Positions 38,058 to 47,031 of a stretch of 56,434 nucleotides of DNA are shown here, one piece after another. The number at the start of each line of letters is the position of its first letter. The stretch's first letter is position 1. Below the pieces are notes generated by a model. The model was not told the DNA's origin. It saw only the letters and a list, made by a program, of their open reading frames with translations, and did not search any database. The DNA comes from Candidatus Staskawiczbacteria bacterium. GTDB lineage: Bacteria; Patescibacteriota; Minisyncoccia; Minisyncoccales; Staskawiczbacteraceae. A program made the position numbers and the translations under genes. Location: assembly GCA_903845295.1 (NCBI GenBank), contig CAIMWV010000010.1, positions 1 through 56,434 of the forward strand. The letters are read 5' to 3'.

Positions 38058-39833
38058 TTAAATTACTTCTTCTTGGTAGCACTGCTCGCAGTAGATAATT
38101 TCTTCGCGACCCGGAGCATATGGAGTTTCAAACTCATTTGGACAATGCCCATCGCCGTGAGAATGTTTTGTGGTGTTTTGATAAACTCCATTCTCTGATT
38201 TTTGTCCGGCACACTGGCATTTTCGATGATATAGCTTTAGTGGATTTCTTTGCGCCAAACGCTCGTAGTGCCTGCAGTTGGGGCACAATCTTGGCAAGGG
38301 CAGATTCATTTTTCTGTAGAATTGAAGTTCGTCTTTGATGATTTTGAATGCGGTTGTACACTGATGCACACACTTACCTTCGTGCGCACAGCTTATTACT
38401 TCGTTTAAAATCGAATCAGAAATGTCTTTGATATCGTCAAGTAAATCTAAATAAGAAACGTCCGGCTTATAATCCTTGGTTTCTGGATCTCTCCATGTAT
38501 AACCTCTCTTTAAAATCTCATCCCTTGTGAGTGGAAAATATTCCTGCGCAATTGTCTCATTATATGCAAACGGGCTAATCTCGGGCGGGAAAAATTCTCC
38601 ATATTTGTATACCCGGCCTTTTACATCGATATATGGCGTTTCGTTCATGTGCTCGATAATTTTGGGGACAAGAGCTTCGTATTCTTCCTTAGTATATTGT
38701 TTATTTAAGATGCAATATTTTTTGTTTCGGAGTCCGACGCATCCGAAAAGATTCGAGGAATTATGGCAACAATATGTATATTGCGTATCATGGCAAACAT
38801 GGGTAAACACGGCAAAACAGCAATGTGACGCCTGAACGCCTGTATCTATAAGCTCATACATCAAGTTTGCGTTGCCGCCAAAACCGTATCCGTCATAAAT
38901 ATCCTTGCCTTGCCAGCCGTGCATATCGAATTTAGAATCTTCTGTTTCGCCAAACACATCAAAGCATTCGTGCACATTCTTTGAACTCATAATATTATCG
39001 CCAGTCGAGTTTGTCGATCTTATAATTGAGGCGAACCGCCGCGGGAATTTTTTCGAAAACTCGCTAAATTTTTCTCGCAACGCCGTAAGACTCTTATAAC
39101 TCCCCAAATTCAATTTTTCGATTTCTTTTTTATAGTCCTCTTTAGAATATGGCATATTCCATATGTGGTAAGACTTGTTTCTCAAATTCACGCACCCGAA
39201 ACAATTATTCGCATTCGCGCACGAACGCAGAAAATATGACCCCAGGCTGTTGTCAGAATCATACGCAAAAAACACTTTGGATAAATTCGCGCTTATTACG
39301 TCCTCGTAACATTGCTCCCCGTCCTCCATAATATAAAGATCCATCGAATCCTTACATCTCAATGCGCCATTAGAATAATGTGTGTTTTCGTTGGTAAACG
39401 ACGCATACGTAAGATAGCAATCCTTCATATCAGCATTATGGTTGCCATACTCGCTATTCCTTACGTTGTTGTTTGCTAAGTTTGGAAGCGGAGCTAATTC
39501 AAATAATTCTTTAAACTGCTTAAAAAACGTTTTTGAAAAGTCATAATCGCGGCCGGATTTAAGCTGGTCCCATTTGTCTGACCACCAATAGTCTCTTTCA
39601 TAAACGACAAGGGGTTGCTCTGGTGCGAACATTGTAATAATATCCTTGCCGGTAGCGTCGCACTTTCTATGGTAAAGAGTGCGCTCATTTCTCCAACTCA
39701 TACGCCGGATAATTCTGCACTCCGGGCAAAACGTCGGAGGGAGCACCTTCATCTTCTCATAAAAATCAAAATCCTCGGGCTCGATAGTGAACTCGTTTTT
39801 ACAATTTTGGCATTGTTTGGTCTCTTTCAACAT
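38058..39833 (-). CDS. Cys-rich family protein, array copy 1 (start MLKETK)
   Basis: Family blocks; ends YCEQCYQEEVI. Confidence 0.9.
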   Translation of the reverse strand: MLKETKQCQNCKNEFTIEPEDFDFYEKMKVLPPTFCPECRIIRRMSWRNERTLYHRKCDATGKDIITMFAPEQPLVVYERDYWWSDKWDQLKSGRDYDFSKTFFKQFKELFELAPLPNLANNNVRNSEYGNHNADMKDCYLTYASFTNENTHYSNGALRCKDSMDLYIMEDGEQCYEDVISANLSKVFFAYDSDNSLGSYFLRSCANANNCFGCVNLRNKSYHIWNMPYSKEDYKKEIEKLNLGSYKSLTALREKFSEFSKKFPRRFASIIRSTNSTGDNIMSSKNVHECFDVFGETEDSKFDMHGWQGKDIYDGYGFGGNANLMYELIDTGVQASHCCFAVFTHVCHDTQYTYCCHNSSNLFGCVGLRNKKYCILNKQYTKEEYEALVPKIIEHMNETPYIDVKGRVYKYGEFFPPEISPFAYNETIAQEYFPLTRDEILKRGYTWRDPETKDYKPDVSYLDLLDDIKDISDSILNEVISCAHEGKCVHQCTTAFKIIKDELQFYRKMNLPLPRLCPNCRHYERLAQRNPLKLYHRKCQCAGQKSENGVYQNTTKHSHGDGHCPNEFETPYAPGREEIIYCEQCYQEEVI

Positions 39834-39864
39834 GTTTAAGTTAATTTTATTGATTAATCCTACC

Positions 39865-39895
39865 AAAAAACCGCTTGGAATCCAAGCGGTTTTTT
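39865..39895. terminator. Intrinsic terminator-like hairpin between ATPase 1 and the array
   Basis: AAAAAACCGCTTGGA-A-TCCAAGCGGTTTTTT. Confidence 0.75.
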
Positions 39896-39904
39896 ATTTC
39901 CTAC

Positions 39905-41908
39905 CTATTTGTTTTGGGCTCCCCTCTCTTCTAGCGGGGGATTTTCTTGGCCAGGAAAAGATGTTTTGTCTTCGTACTTTTCTTCTTCAATTCTCTTCTC
40001 TAGATCCTCTTTAGAGTTTTTTGGCCCTGTGTCTTCTCCGGCTTTTTGGAGAGCTTGCGTTAAAGTTTTTCGAAGATCTTCAACATCAACTGATTTTCTT
40101 TCTTTTTTATCTTTCCTGCTCTTGTTAAATGGCACATTCTCTCCCTTTTGCATTATCTCATTCAAAGAAAAAGTTTTTGTCGCGGCTTTGTTGGGGACCC
40201 TCGATTGCTCTGCGATTTGATTTTTTTCCTTACGAGGTGATTCTTTGCGGGAACTTGGAGACCCGCCTGCGCGGGCAGGCGGCCCGAATTCTATGCCTAA
40301 ATCTCCCAAAGCCTCATTTCCCGCTGGTCTCTTTCCTGACTGGCCCGCCTGCGTAGGGACGCTGGATGCCGCTCTCACTGGCACCGTTGGTTTGCTGGCT
40401 ATTTCCCCGGCTTTCAGCTTTTTCAAACAGCTTTTGCAGTAAACAGGCCTCCCGGCGACCGGCTCAAAAATAACTTTAGTGTCTTTTCCACAATTTGAGC
40501 ACTTGACATCGTATAACTTTGTCGAATCAGAAGATCGGGGAGCGTTCGATTTATATACAGCCTTAGGAAAAATCTGGGGATTAGAAAGATCGGAAGGGTT
40601 CTGAGCACTAGGAACTTCCTGATTGGCCGCCCAGCGATTAATTTCATCTTCAACAACCTTTACAGTATGGGCATATTTTGCCCTGGAAATTTTAATTATT
40701 TCTTCCCGTTTTTTATCGTCCTTAACGAAGGGAGGAATGGTAATAGTTGTGGCAGAAAAAGGCCTGGAAGTAATGCCGTCTATCATGAGTTTTATATAAA
40801 TATTTCGATTCGCCAAACGGATTAAATCATTTTGTAAAAATTCAGGCATGTATTCTTGCTCTAAAAATTCCGCGTCAGCTGCTCCCACTCTAAAAGTAAT
40901 CATTGTACCCACGTTGCCAAAAACAGCGTCCCTGACAGCAGTGCTTGTATCAGTGGTCAGCTGCCCGACGTATTGATGGGCAATAGTCAGATCCAAGCGG
41001 TATTTACGGGCCTCTGACAAGATGTTCACGAAAGAATCTGTAGCGAAGTTTTGGAATTCATCAACATATAAATAAAAATCTTTTCTTTCATCTTCAGGAA
41101 TTCTGACGCGCTCCATGGCCGCCAGCTGTATTTTGGTAATAACCATAGCTCCTAAAATAGCCGCGTTATCTTCGCCAATTCTACCCTTGGAAACGTTAAC
41201 CAGCAGAATTTTTTGATTATTCATTATTTCATCAATATCAATGGTGTTCTTGGCCTGGCCGACAATATTCCTCACAAAAGAAACATTCAGAAACTGTCCG
41301 ACTTTATTTTGGACGGGAGCAATAGCTTCATTGCGGTACCTGGACTCCCACTCTTCATATTCGTTGACCCAAAATGATTTTACCACGGGGTCTTTGAGGT
41401 TGTTAATGATTTTTTGCCGGTAGTCCCTGTCAACCAGCATTCTTGGTATGCCTAAGAGGGTGGTTCCGGGAGTATCCAGCAAAGCTAAAATGCAATTGGC
41501 AAGGATATATTCCATACGAGCCGACCATACATTGGCCCAAATTTTAGTAAAAATGCCGATCAATCCCGATGCTATTAAATGCTTATATCTTGGATCTGGC
41601 ACATCCATAATATTAAAACTAACGGGATATTCCATATCCGCGGGATTAAAATAAACCACATCATTGATCCGATGAGGGGGGATATTATCCAAAATTTCTT
41701 CAACAAACTCACCGTGAGGGTCGATGATAGCAAGCCCTTGTCCATTTTCAATATCCTGCAGAGCCATGTTCTTTAAAAACTGGGTTTTACCGGTTCCGGT
41801 TTTTCCGATTACATACATGTGCTGGCGCCGATCGACTCTTTTAATTCCGAATTTTTGTTCGCCCCTGCGAAAGTTTGTTTTGGCAATAAAAGTTATATCC
41901 TTTGACAT
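39905..41908 (-). CDS. VirD4/TraD/TrwB-like ATPase 1 with CxxC-x17-CxxC zinc ribbon and low-complexity tail
   Basis: GKTGTGKT, IDPHGE, LYVDEFQNF, SEARKY; CSNC-GKDTKVIFEPVAGRPVY-CKSC. Confidence 0.9.
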   Translation of the reverse strand: MSKDITFIAKTNFRRGEQKFGIKRVDRRQHMYVIGKTGTGKTQFLKNMALQDIENGQGLAIIDPHGEFVEEILDNIPPHRINDVVYFNPADMEYPVSFNIMDVPDPRYKHLIASGLIGIFTKIWANVWSARMEYILANCILALLDTPGTTLLGIPRMLVDRDYRQKIINNLKDPVVKSFWVNEYEEWESRYRNEAIAPVQNKVGQFLNVSFVRNIVGQAKNTIDIDEIMNNQKILLVNVSKGRIGEDNAAILGAMVITKIQLAAMERVRIPEDERKDFYLYVDEFQNFATDSFVNILSEARKYRLDLTIAHQYVGQLTTDTSTAVRDAVFGNVGTMITFRVGAADAEFLEQEYMPEFLQNDLIRLANRNIYIKLMIDGITSRPFSATTITIPPFVKDDKKREEIIKISRAKYAHTVKVVEDEINRWAANQEVPSAQNPSDLSNPQIFPKAVYKSNAPRSSDSTKLYDVKCSNCGKDTKVIFEPVAGRPVYCKSCLKKLKAGEIASKPTVPVRAASSVPTQAGQSGKRPAGNEALGDLGIEFGPPARAGGSPSSRKESPRKEKNQIAEQSRVPNKAATKTFSLNEIMQKGENVPFNKSRKDKKERKSVDVEDLRKTLTQALQKAGEDTGPKNSKEDLEKRIEEEKYEDKTSFPGQENPPLEERGAQNK

Positions 41909-41925
41909 AAATATATTAAAGCATA

Positions 41926-43416
41926 TTATTCCTCAACCGGCAAATTAGCTGGCGGACCGGCTTTCTTTGATTCAATCTTGACCATGGTTGGCGCCACCAT
42001 CCCAGACACTCTTAACGGGAAGTGCCATAGCGTTGCCATTTCTTCTGTACTTAAAATTGGGCACAAATCATGCCTGTTTGGATAAAGCGGGGGAAATCTT
42101 AAAACAGCCATCCTAAACATTTTTCTGGCTCTCAGGAATACTCTCCTGTTTCTCCAAAAAAAGTGGACTCTCGGCCTTGTTGAGCCCTGGAATCTCCACT
42201 CATTCATATTGGCAGTTAAAAAATGACCCATATACGTACGCGTTATAACTCTGTTGGCCGCCCTCCAATGTTCTCTTTTGGCAACATAAACTCCTCTTAT
42301 ATTTGTCCTAAACGCGGGCTTCTTCATTTTATTTTCAATTTCAGTGATAATCTCCCTTTCTCCCGGAGTCAGCGAAATTTGCCGCTCGCCTGTTTCTTCA
42401 TCCTCTTCAGATGCCCAAGAATACGACGCTGATTCTCCTTCGCCTTCTTTTTCCGGACCCATGGCAAGTTCTCGCGCAACGCTTGCTAAATCTTGCACGA
42501 GCGTAGGCTCTTTCTTCTCCGGACGCTTTGCTAATTTATTAATTATTTTAACTCCTTCTTTTTTCCAATCCGGCTCGTCATAATCTCCAACCGGCACCGT
42601 GGTAAACTGCACCCAGTAATGTTCTCCGGGGCCTAATTTAGACATTGCTTCCAATAAAGAAATTATCGGGTCAAGTCTTTTTTCTTCAGCTGCAATTCTT
42701 TCGCCCTGCGGTTCAAAAAACTTTTCGTATGTCCGCATGGGATAGGCATCCTCTTTGAAGAAATCCCAATCTTCGCCGTACATATCCCATTCTTCGTTTG
42801 GAACTGTCGGGGGCACTAATTTTACATAATCTGTGGCTTCGTGAATTTCAATATCGGGATAGTGGCCGTAAAGCGCAGACTCAATTGAGGTTCTGTGCTG
42901 CTGCAAAGCTCTTACATAGTAATGTATATTGCCCTCAATGCTGGCAATTTCCCAAGAGCACCAAAATGGCCCGTTGCCTAATTCTCCATCGCACCACCTT
43001 TCGCGGAAGTTTCCCACATCCATAAGCGGCCAGATAGCTGCAAACACGTCTTCCATGGCTTTGAGGGGCATAAGCATCGCTTCGAGCGGGATGACTTCTA
43101 ATAAGACCCATTTATGTTTGGCATAATCAAAATCCCAGTTAAGCCACCAGAGATAGAGTGTTTTTAGCTGCTCCATCAGCATTAATGGCAAAAATAGCCA
43201 CCACCAAACTCTCAAAAATGGAACCCATAAAATAATTATAAGCAAGATTACCCACCAAAAGGGATCCCAGACAATTTTTTTTACCTGTTCCCACCAGAAT
43301 GGATCTGGGATCAATACAATAGCCAGGGGCACAAGCACCCACCAAAATAAATAAGGAGGCAATAAAAGAGTCAAAACCAGGATTATCCACCTGAATGCAT
43401 GCGAGGACTGTTTCAT
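41926..43416 (-). CDS. Membrane-anchored hypothetical protein adjacent to the ATPases
   Basis: Trp-rich N-terminal TMs; SWEIAS..G.I.YY; YPD.EI.E..DY; LSTEE.ATLWHFP; PP.NLP. Confidence 0.8.
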   Translation of the reverse strand: MKQSSHAFRWIILVLTLLLPPYLFWWVLVPLAIVLIPDPFWWEQVKKIVWDPFWWVILLIIILWVPFLRVWWWLFLPLMLMEQLKTLYLWWLNWDFDYAKHKWVLLEVIPLEAMLMPLKAMEDVFAAIWPLMDVGNFRERWCDGELGNGPFWCSWEIASIEGNIHYYVRALQQHRTSIESALYGHYPDIEIHEATDYVKLVPPTVPNEEWDMYGEDWDFFKEDAYPMRTYEKFFEPQGERIAAEEKRLDPIISLLEAMSKLGPGEHYWVQFTTVPVGDYDEPDWKKEGVKIINKLAKRPEKKEPTLVQDLASVARELAMGPEKEGEGESASYSWASEEDEETGERQISLTPGEREIITEIENKMKKPAFRTNIRGVYVAKREHWRAANRVITRTYMGHFLTANMNEWRFQGSTRPRVHFFWRNRRVFLRARKMFRMAVLRFPPLYPNRHDLCPILSTEEMATLWHFPLRVSGMVAPTMVKIESKKAGPPANLPVEE

Positions 43417-43637
43417 ATTCCAGAAGCCCGGATTACAACGGGCAAATATTGAATAATAATAGAAACTATTGAAATGACAAAAAATCCCATTGCGAAAAAC
43501 TCAAAACTAAAAACTGCCGGCACTATAACAAAGGAAATCTTTTTTAAATGCCAGTAAAAAATAAACGAAAAAAGAACAATATAAAAAATTGCCGTCATCG
43601 CAAATAAAACAATTAATCCTATATCAAAAACATCCAT
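43413..43637 (-). CDS. Small two-TM membrane protein (start uncertain)
   Basis: Hydrophobic ORF with FIFYWH; its stop overlaps the start of the next gene. Confidence 0.6.
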   Translation of the reverse strand: MDVFDIGLIVLFAMTAIFYIVLFSFIFYWHLKKISFVIVPAVFSFEFFAMGFFVISIVSIIIQYLPVVIRASGI

Positions 43638-43880
43638 AACTTTTACAAAGCAAAAGAAATTCAAAATCCAAATTGCTAAATCCAAAATGTATTTTTAACT
43701 TAATTATTTGAATACTTGGATTTGTTTTGGATTTTAAGCTTCGTACTTTGGATTTATTAACTAATTATATCCCAATAAAAGTTTGCAAGCAATATGGCAA
43801 TTTACTAACTATCTTTTTTATGATAATACATATTTAGCACATTGATTTGCTGGTCAACTCTCAATGCGGAAGGGAAAAAC

Positions 43881-44843
43881 ATGATAACGCTTTCAAACGG
43901 CCATGTAATCAAATACTTGGCTGCATCGGGCGCTTTGGCTTTTGACGGCCTCGGCTGGTTGTGGGAATGGCCGCTGAGGTGGCTTGGACTTTTAGACCCC
44001 GCCCTTTTCAACGTGGTGGTCAAGACTTTAACCCGCCATCCGCGAAAAGGAAACTTGCGATGGTGGTGGCCCCTTGGATGCATACGTTTTGTGCATCCGC
44101 GCTTGGACGGCTTGCCGCGGTGGCTGTGGTGGCTGCAATGGATCAGCAGCCTTATTCCTTTCGGAGCCGTAGGAGTTATCAATGCTGTAGGCTTAACAAA
44201 CCCAGGCATTGAGCACTGGTGCAAGGTAATTTGGCCGAAGATAAGAAAGTCCGGAATCAAAACTAAGCTGATTGTTTCGATTTTCGGCAAGCCGGACGAG
44301 CTTATCGAAATGATTGAAATGATCAATGCTTTGGACGATCCGGATCATCTTATTGTTGGCATCCAAATCAACGGTGCCTGCCCGAACTCCGGTGACGACC
44401 TTCTGAAAAATGCAGATGAGGTTATCGAGAGTTGCCGGCGGGCAAAGGAACTCAGCCGTTTCCCGCTTTCTCTGTCAGTTTCAGTGGTGCAATTTACAAG
44501 AAGGATTGTTGCTGAAACGAGAGAGTATATCGAATTCTACACCATCAACAGCGTTCCTCGGTTTTACTTTAAGGGCTGTGACGAAAAGATGAATCATTTG
44601 GCTCGTTTGGGCGGAGGTGGAATTTCTGGTAAAACAGTTCAGGGGGCCACTTGGCTTTTAGCTCAAACATTGGAAAGTTTTGATGTACAGGTTGCCTGGC
44701 CGAGTATTTGGGAAATGGACGATCTGGCCAAAATACGCAAATTGGGATTTGTTGATGCCGTAAGTTTCGGCTCAATTTTCCTCTGCCATCCTTGCCGGCC
44801 GACTGAAATTGTCCGCCAAGATATGAAAACTAAATCCGACTAG
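43881..44843 (+). CDS. pyrD: Dihydroorotate dehydrogenase-like (class 1) flavoprotein, divergent
   Basis: AASG, VVKTLT..PR.GN, INAVGLTNPG, IN.ACPN, INS, GGISG. Confidence 0.7.
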   Translation: MITLSNGHVIKYLAASGALAFDGLGWLWEWPLRWLGLLDPALFNVVVKTLTRHPRKGNLRWWWPLGCIRFVHPRLDGLPRWLWWLQWISSLIPFGAVGVINAVGLTNPGIEHWCKVIWPKIRKSGIKTKLIVSIFGKPDELIEMIEMINALDDPDHLIVGIQINGACPNSGDDLLKNADEVIESCRRAKELSRFPLSLSVSVVQFTRRIVAETREYIEFYTINSVPRFYFKGCDEKMNHLARLGGGGISGKTVQGATWLLAQTLESFDVQVAWPSIWEMDDLAKIRKLGFVDAVSFGSIFLCHPCRPTEIVRQDMKTKSD

Positions 44844-44939
44844 TGCAGAAGTTATTCGGGTGGCATACGAACACATGGGAGATACTTTCTCCCTTTTTTT
44901 TATCTTTTATATATTTTTATAAGATAAGTGCAAACCCAT

Positions 44940-44967
44940 AAAAAAACGGGCGAGTGCCCGTTTTTTT
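44940..44967. terminator. Bidirectional intrinsic terminator between convergent genes
   Basis: AAAAAACGGGC-GAGT-GCCCGTTTTTTT. Confidence 0.8.
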
Positions 44968-44983
44968 GTTTCTAAAGTTGATT

Positions 44984-46012
44984 TTAACTCTGCTCCACGC
45001 CCCTTATGAAATATCTGTCGTTAGAATCTTTTTCAAAGTGTTTTTTATTGTTTAAGTTCATCAGCACGGTATTTTTTGCAACAAGCCTTTGAGACAAAAC
45101 TTGTTTCACAACTTCATCTCTGTGTGTCGGCTCATTTTTGTCTTTCAAAACTTTAGTGATTATATCTTTAATGGTCCCTGGAACATATCCCCACTCTGAT
45201 AATGCGTAGGTTCCACGGCCCACCAACACAAACCTTGCGTCCTTTATCAATTCGTTATGAACTGTTTGAGGATAAGTTTTTTTGTTCGGCATATTATAAT
45301 CGGATTTGTCTATCAGTTTTGCTACTTCCGTAAAGTGCAAAGGTTTCCCATGTTTCTTAAAAACTAAAAATGCTTTGTCTTTTACTCCTCTCGGTTTTAT
45401 TTCCGGCCATTCAACTAATCCCATAACTCCCTCTTTGGTGGGTTGGATCCTTTTTGAAATTTCAAGATAAGACAACGTGGCCGGTTCTGAAAGTCCCTGT
45501 TTTGATGCGACTTCGGCATAAAAATTTTTGGCGGGAACCGGATGGCCTATTTTTTGCATTTGTGAAACTAAAGAGTTTAAAGTGCCTTTAACTTTTTCCT
45601 GAGAACTGGGCATATTTGACCAGAAGTAGTGGTAATCCTTTTTCTCGCAAACTTTTGAAAATTGTTCTCCCAATGTCAATAAAAACAAAACATAGGGTTT
45701 CTGGTTTTTACCGCCTAATTCCTCTAAAACATTCTCTTCTTTCTTAAAGCCTCCCTGCCCATCAAAATAAGCGGAAAATTCTGCATAAATGGCGTCTAAT
45801 GCCTCTTTGTTATTTTTTCTCACAAAGCTAAAACCGGCCTCTTCTATTTGGCGCACCCTTTCGCGAGTTATGCCCAATGCTTTGCCGATGGATTCCAAAG
45901 TCTCCGGTTTTCCGGTTTTTACCCCGAATCTGCCGTCAAAAATATCTTTGGTCTTTGGGCTAAGGCCTTTGGTGAACTTTTGGTATATTAGTTTGTAATT
46001 AATTTTATCCAT
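44984..46012 (-). CDS. Sigma70 region-4 HTH plus winged-helix (RNAP delta/HARE-HTH-like) protein
   Basis: RFG.....TLESIG..LGITRERVRQIE; PLHF.EVA; TVHNELIKD.RFVLVGRG.YAL.EWGY. Confidence 0.82.
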   Translation of the reverse strand: MDKINYKLIYQKFTKGLSPKTKDIFDGRFGVKTGKPETLESIGKALGITRERVRQIEEAGFSFVRKNNKEALDAIYAEFSAYFDGQGGFKKEENVLEELGGKNQKPYVLFLLTLGEQFSKVCEKKDYHYFWSNMPSSQEKVKGTLNSLVSQMQKIGHPVPAKNFYAEVASKQGLSEPATLSYLEISKRIQPTKEGVMGLVEWPEIKPRGVKDKAFLVFKKHGKPLHFTEVAKLIDKSDYNMPNKKTYPQTVHNELIKDARFVLVGRGTYALSEWGYVPGTIKDIITKVLKDKNEPTHRDEVVKQVLSQRLVAKNTVLMNLNNKKHFEKDSNDRYFIRGVEQS

Positions 46013-46069
46013 ATTATAGATAAACGAAATGGTAATAGATAAACAAGGTGGTTTTCCACCGTTTATTCA

Positions 46070-46098
46070 AGCTTACCATATTAAAGGCCAGATGTCAA
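46070..46098 (-). promoter_or_regulatory. Putative sigma70 promoter
   Basis: TTGACA-17 nt-TAAGCT upstream of the HTH gene. Confidence 0.55.
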
Positions 46099-46119
46099 GG
46101 ATAATCCCAAAATAACCCT

Positions 46120-47025
46120 TTAGCGCCCTTTTTGCTCTTTTTTAAGGCTCCATTTATACCAGGAAACCAACAGGGGGCTGGCTATGAAAATCGAGGAATA
46201 TGCTCCTGAAGTTATACCTATAATCAGGGTCAGCGCAAAATATTTAAGAGTTTCTCCCCCTAAAAAGTAAAGTGAAACCAACACAAATTCTACCGTCAAA
46301 ACCGTACTGATTGACCTGCCCAGTGTTTGGGTCAAACTCCAGTTCACCGTATCCTCAAATTGCCCCATTCCCCTCCTTAAAATGTTCTCCCTGATCCTGT
46401 CAAAAATAACAATTGTATCGTGCACGGAAAAACCTAAAATCGTCAGCAATGCCGCAACAATCGGTATTGTTATTTCAATATTGTAAAGTTTTCCCAAGAT
46501 TGAAAAGATTCCGATCGGAACCAGTACATCATGGAATAATGCTATCAAAGAAGTAATTCCGTATTTCCACGAAGAAACCGGCTTTGAAACTTTCCGGAAG
46601 GCAAAAGCGATATACAAAGTGATGGCCACCAGCGCCAAAGCAATTGCCAATTCCGTTTTATTCCTCAATTCCTGCCCGATTGACGGCCCGATATACTGAA
46701 AGCTCTTCTCTACAGTCGGATTTAGCTTGTTCAGAGCGATTAATATCTGTTGGTGAGTTGCTTCGTCAACGCCTTTAAATTGCAAAATGGCCCCATTAGA
46801 TCCTGTCGGCTGGACTGTTATTTCTCCCAGATTAAAACTCTTCAAGGCGCTTTGTATTGCATCGTTTGACGGAGTTTTCTGAAAATTAACTTCCATATTG
46901 CTTCCGCCGGCAAACTCAATCCCAAATTTCAATCCGAACATGGACAGAGAAACAATTGCAGCAATAATCAAAAGGCCTGAAAAAATGTAGTAAATAACTG
47001 AATACTTTGTAAAATTAAATTGCAT
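46120..47025 (-). CDS. secF: Protein translocase subunit SecF
   Basis: GIEFAGG, IGPSIGQEL, ALFHD, DTIVIFDRIRE, YSSIFIASPL. Confidence 0.96.
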   Translation of the reverse strand: MQFNFTKYSVIYYIFSGLLIIAAIVSLSMFGLKFGIEFAGGSNMEVNFQKTPSNDAIQSALKSFNLGEITVQPTGSNGAILQFKGVDEATHQQILIALNKLNPTVEKSFQYIGPSIGQELRNKTELAIALALVAITLYIAFAFRKVSKPVSSWKYGITSLIALFHDVLVPIGIFSILGKLYNIEITIPIVAALLTILGFSVHDTIVIFDRIRENILRRGMGQFEDTVNWSLTQTLGRSISTVLTVEFVLVSLYFLGGETLKYFALTLIIGITSGAYSSIFIASPLLVSWYKWSLKKEQKGR

Positions 47026-47031
47026 AGTTTT

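Noticed and set aside
13922-39833. Diversity-generating retroelement acting on the paralogs
   Set aside because: No reverse transcriptase is in the window. Differences between similar 3' segments are mixed transitions in both directions, not adenine-specific, and there is no non-coding template repeat of typical length.
13922-39833. Array as an assembly artefact
   Set aside because: Copies are highly divergent, full-length and often translationally coupled. Misjoins at the conserved termini cannot be excluded without reads.
30488-41908. Conjugative element / complete type IV secretion system
   Set aside because: No relaxase, VirB4 or channel genes are seen, and the locus is embedded among housekeeping genes.
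43675-43760. Short TTGGATTT/AAATCCAA repeats
   Set aside because: Low-complexity, short and degenerate; no function can be supported.
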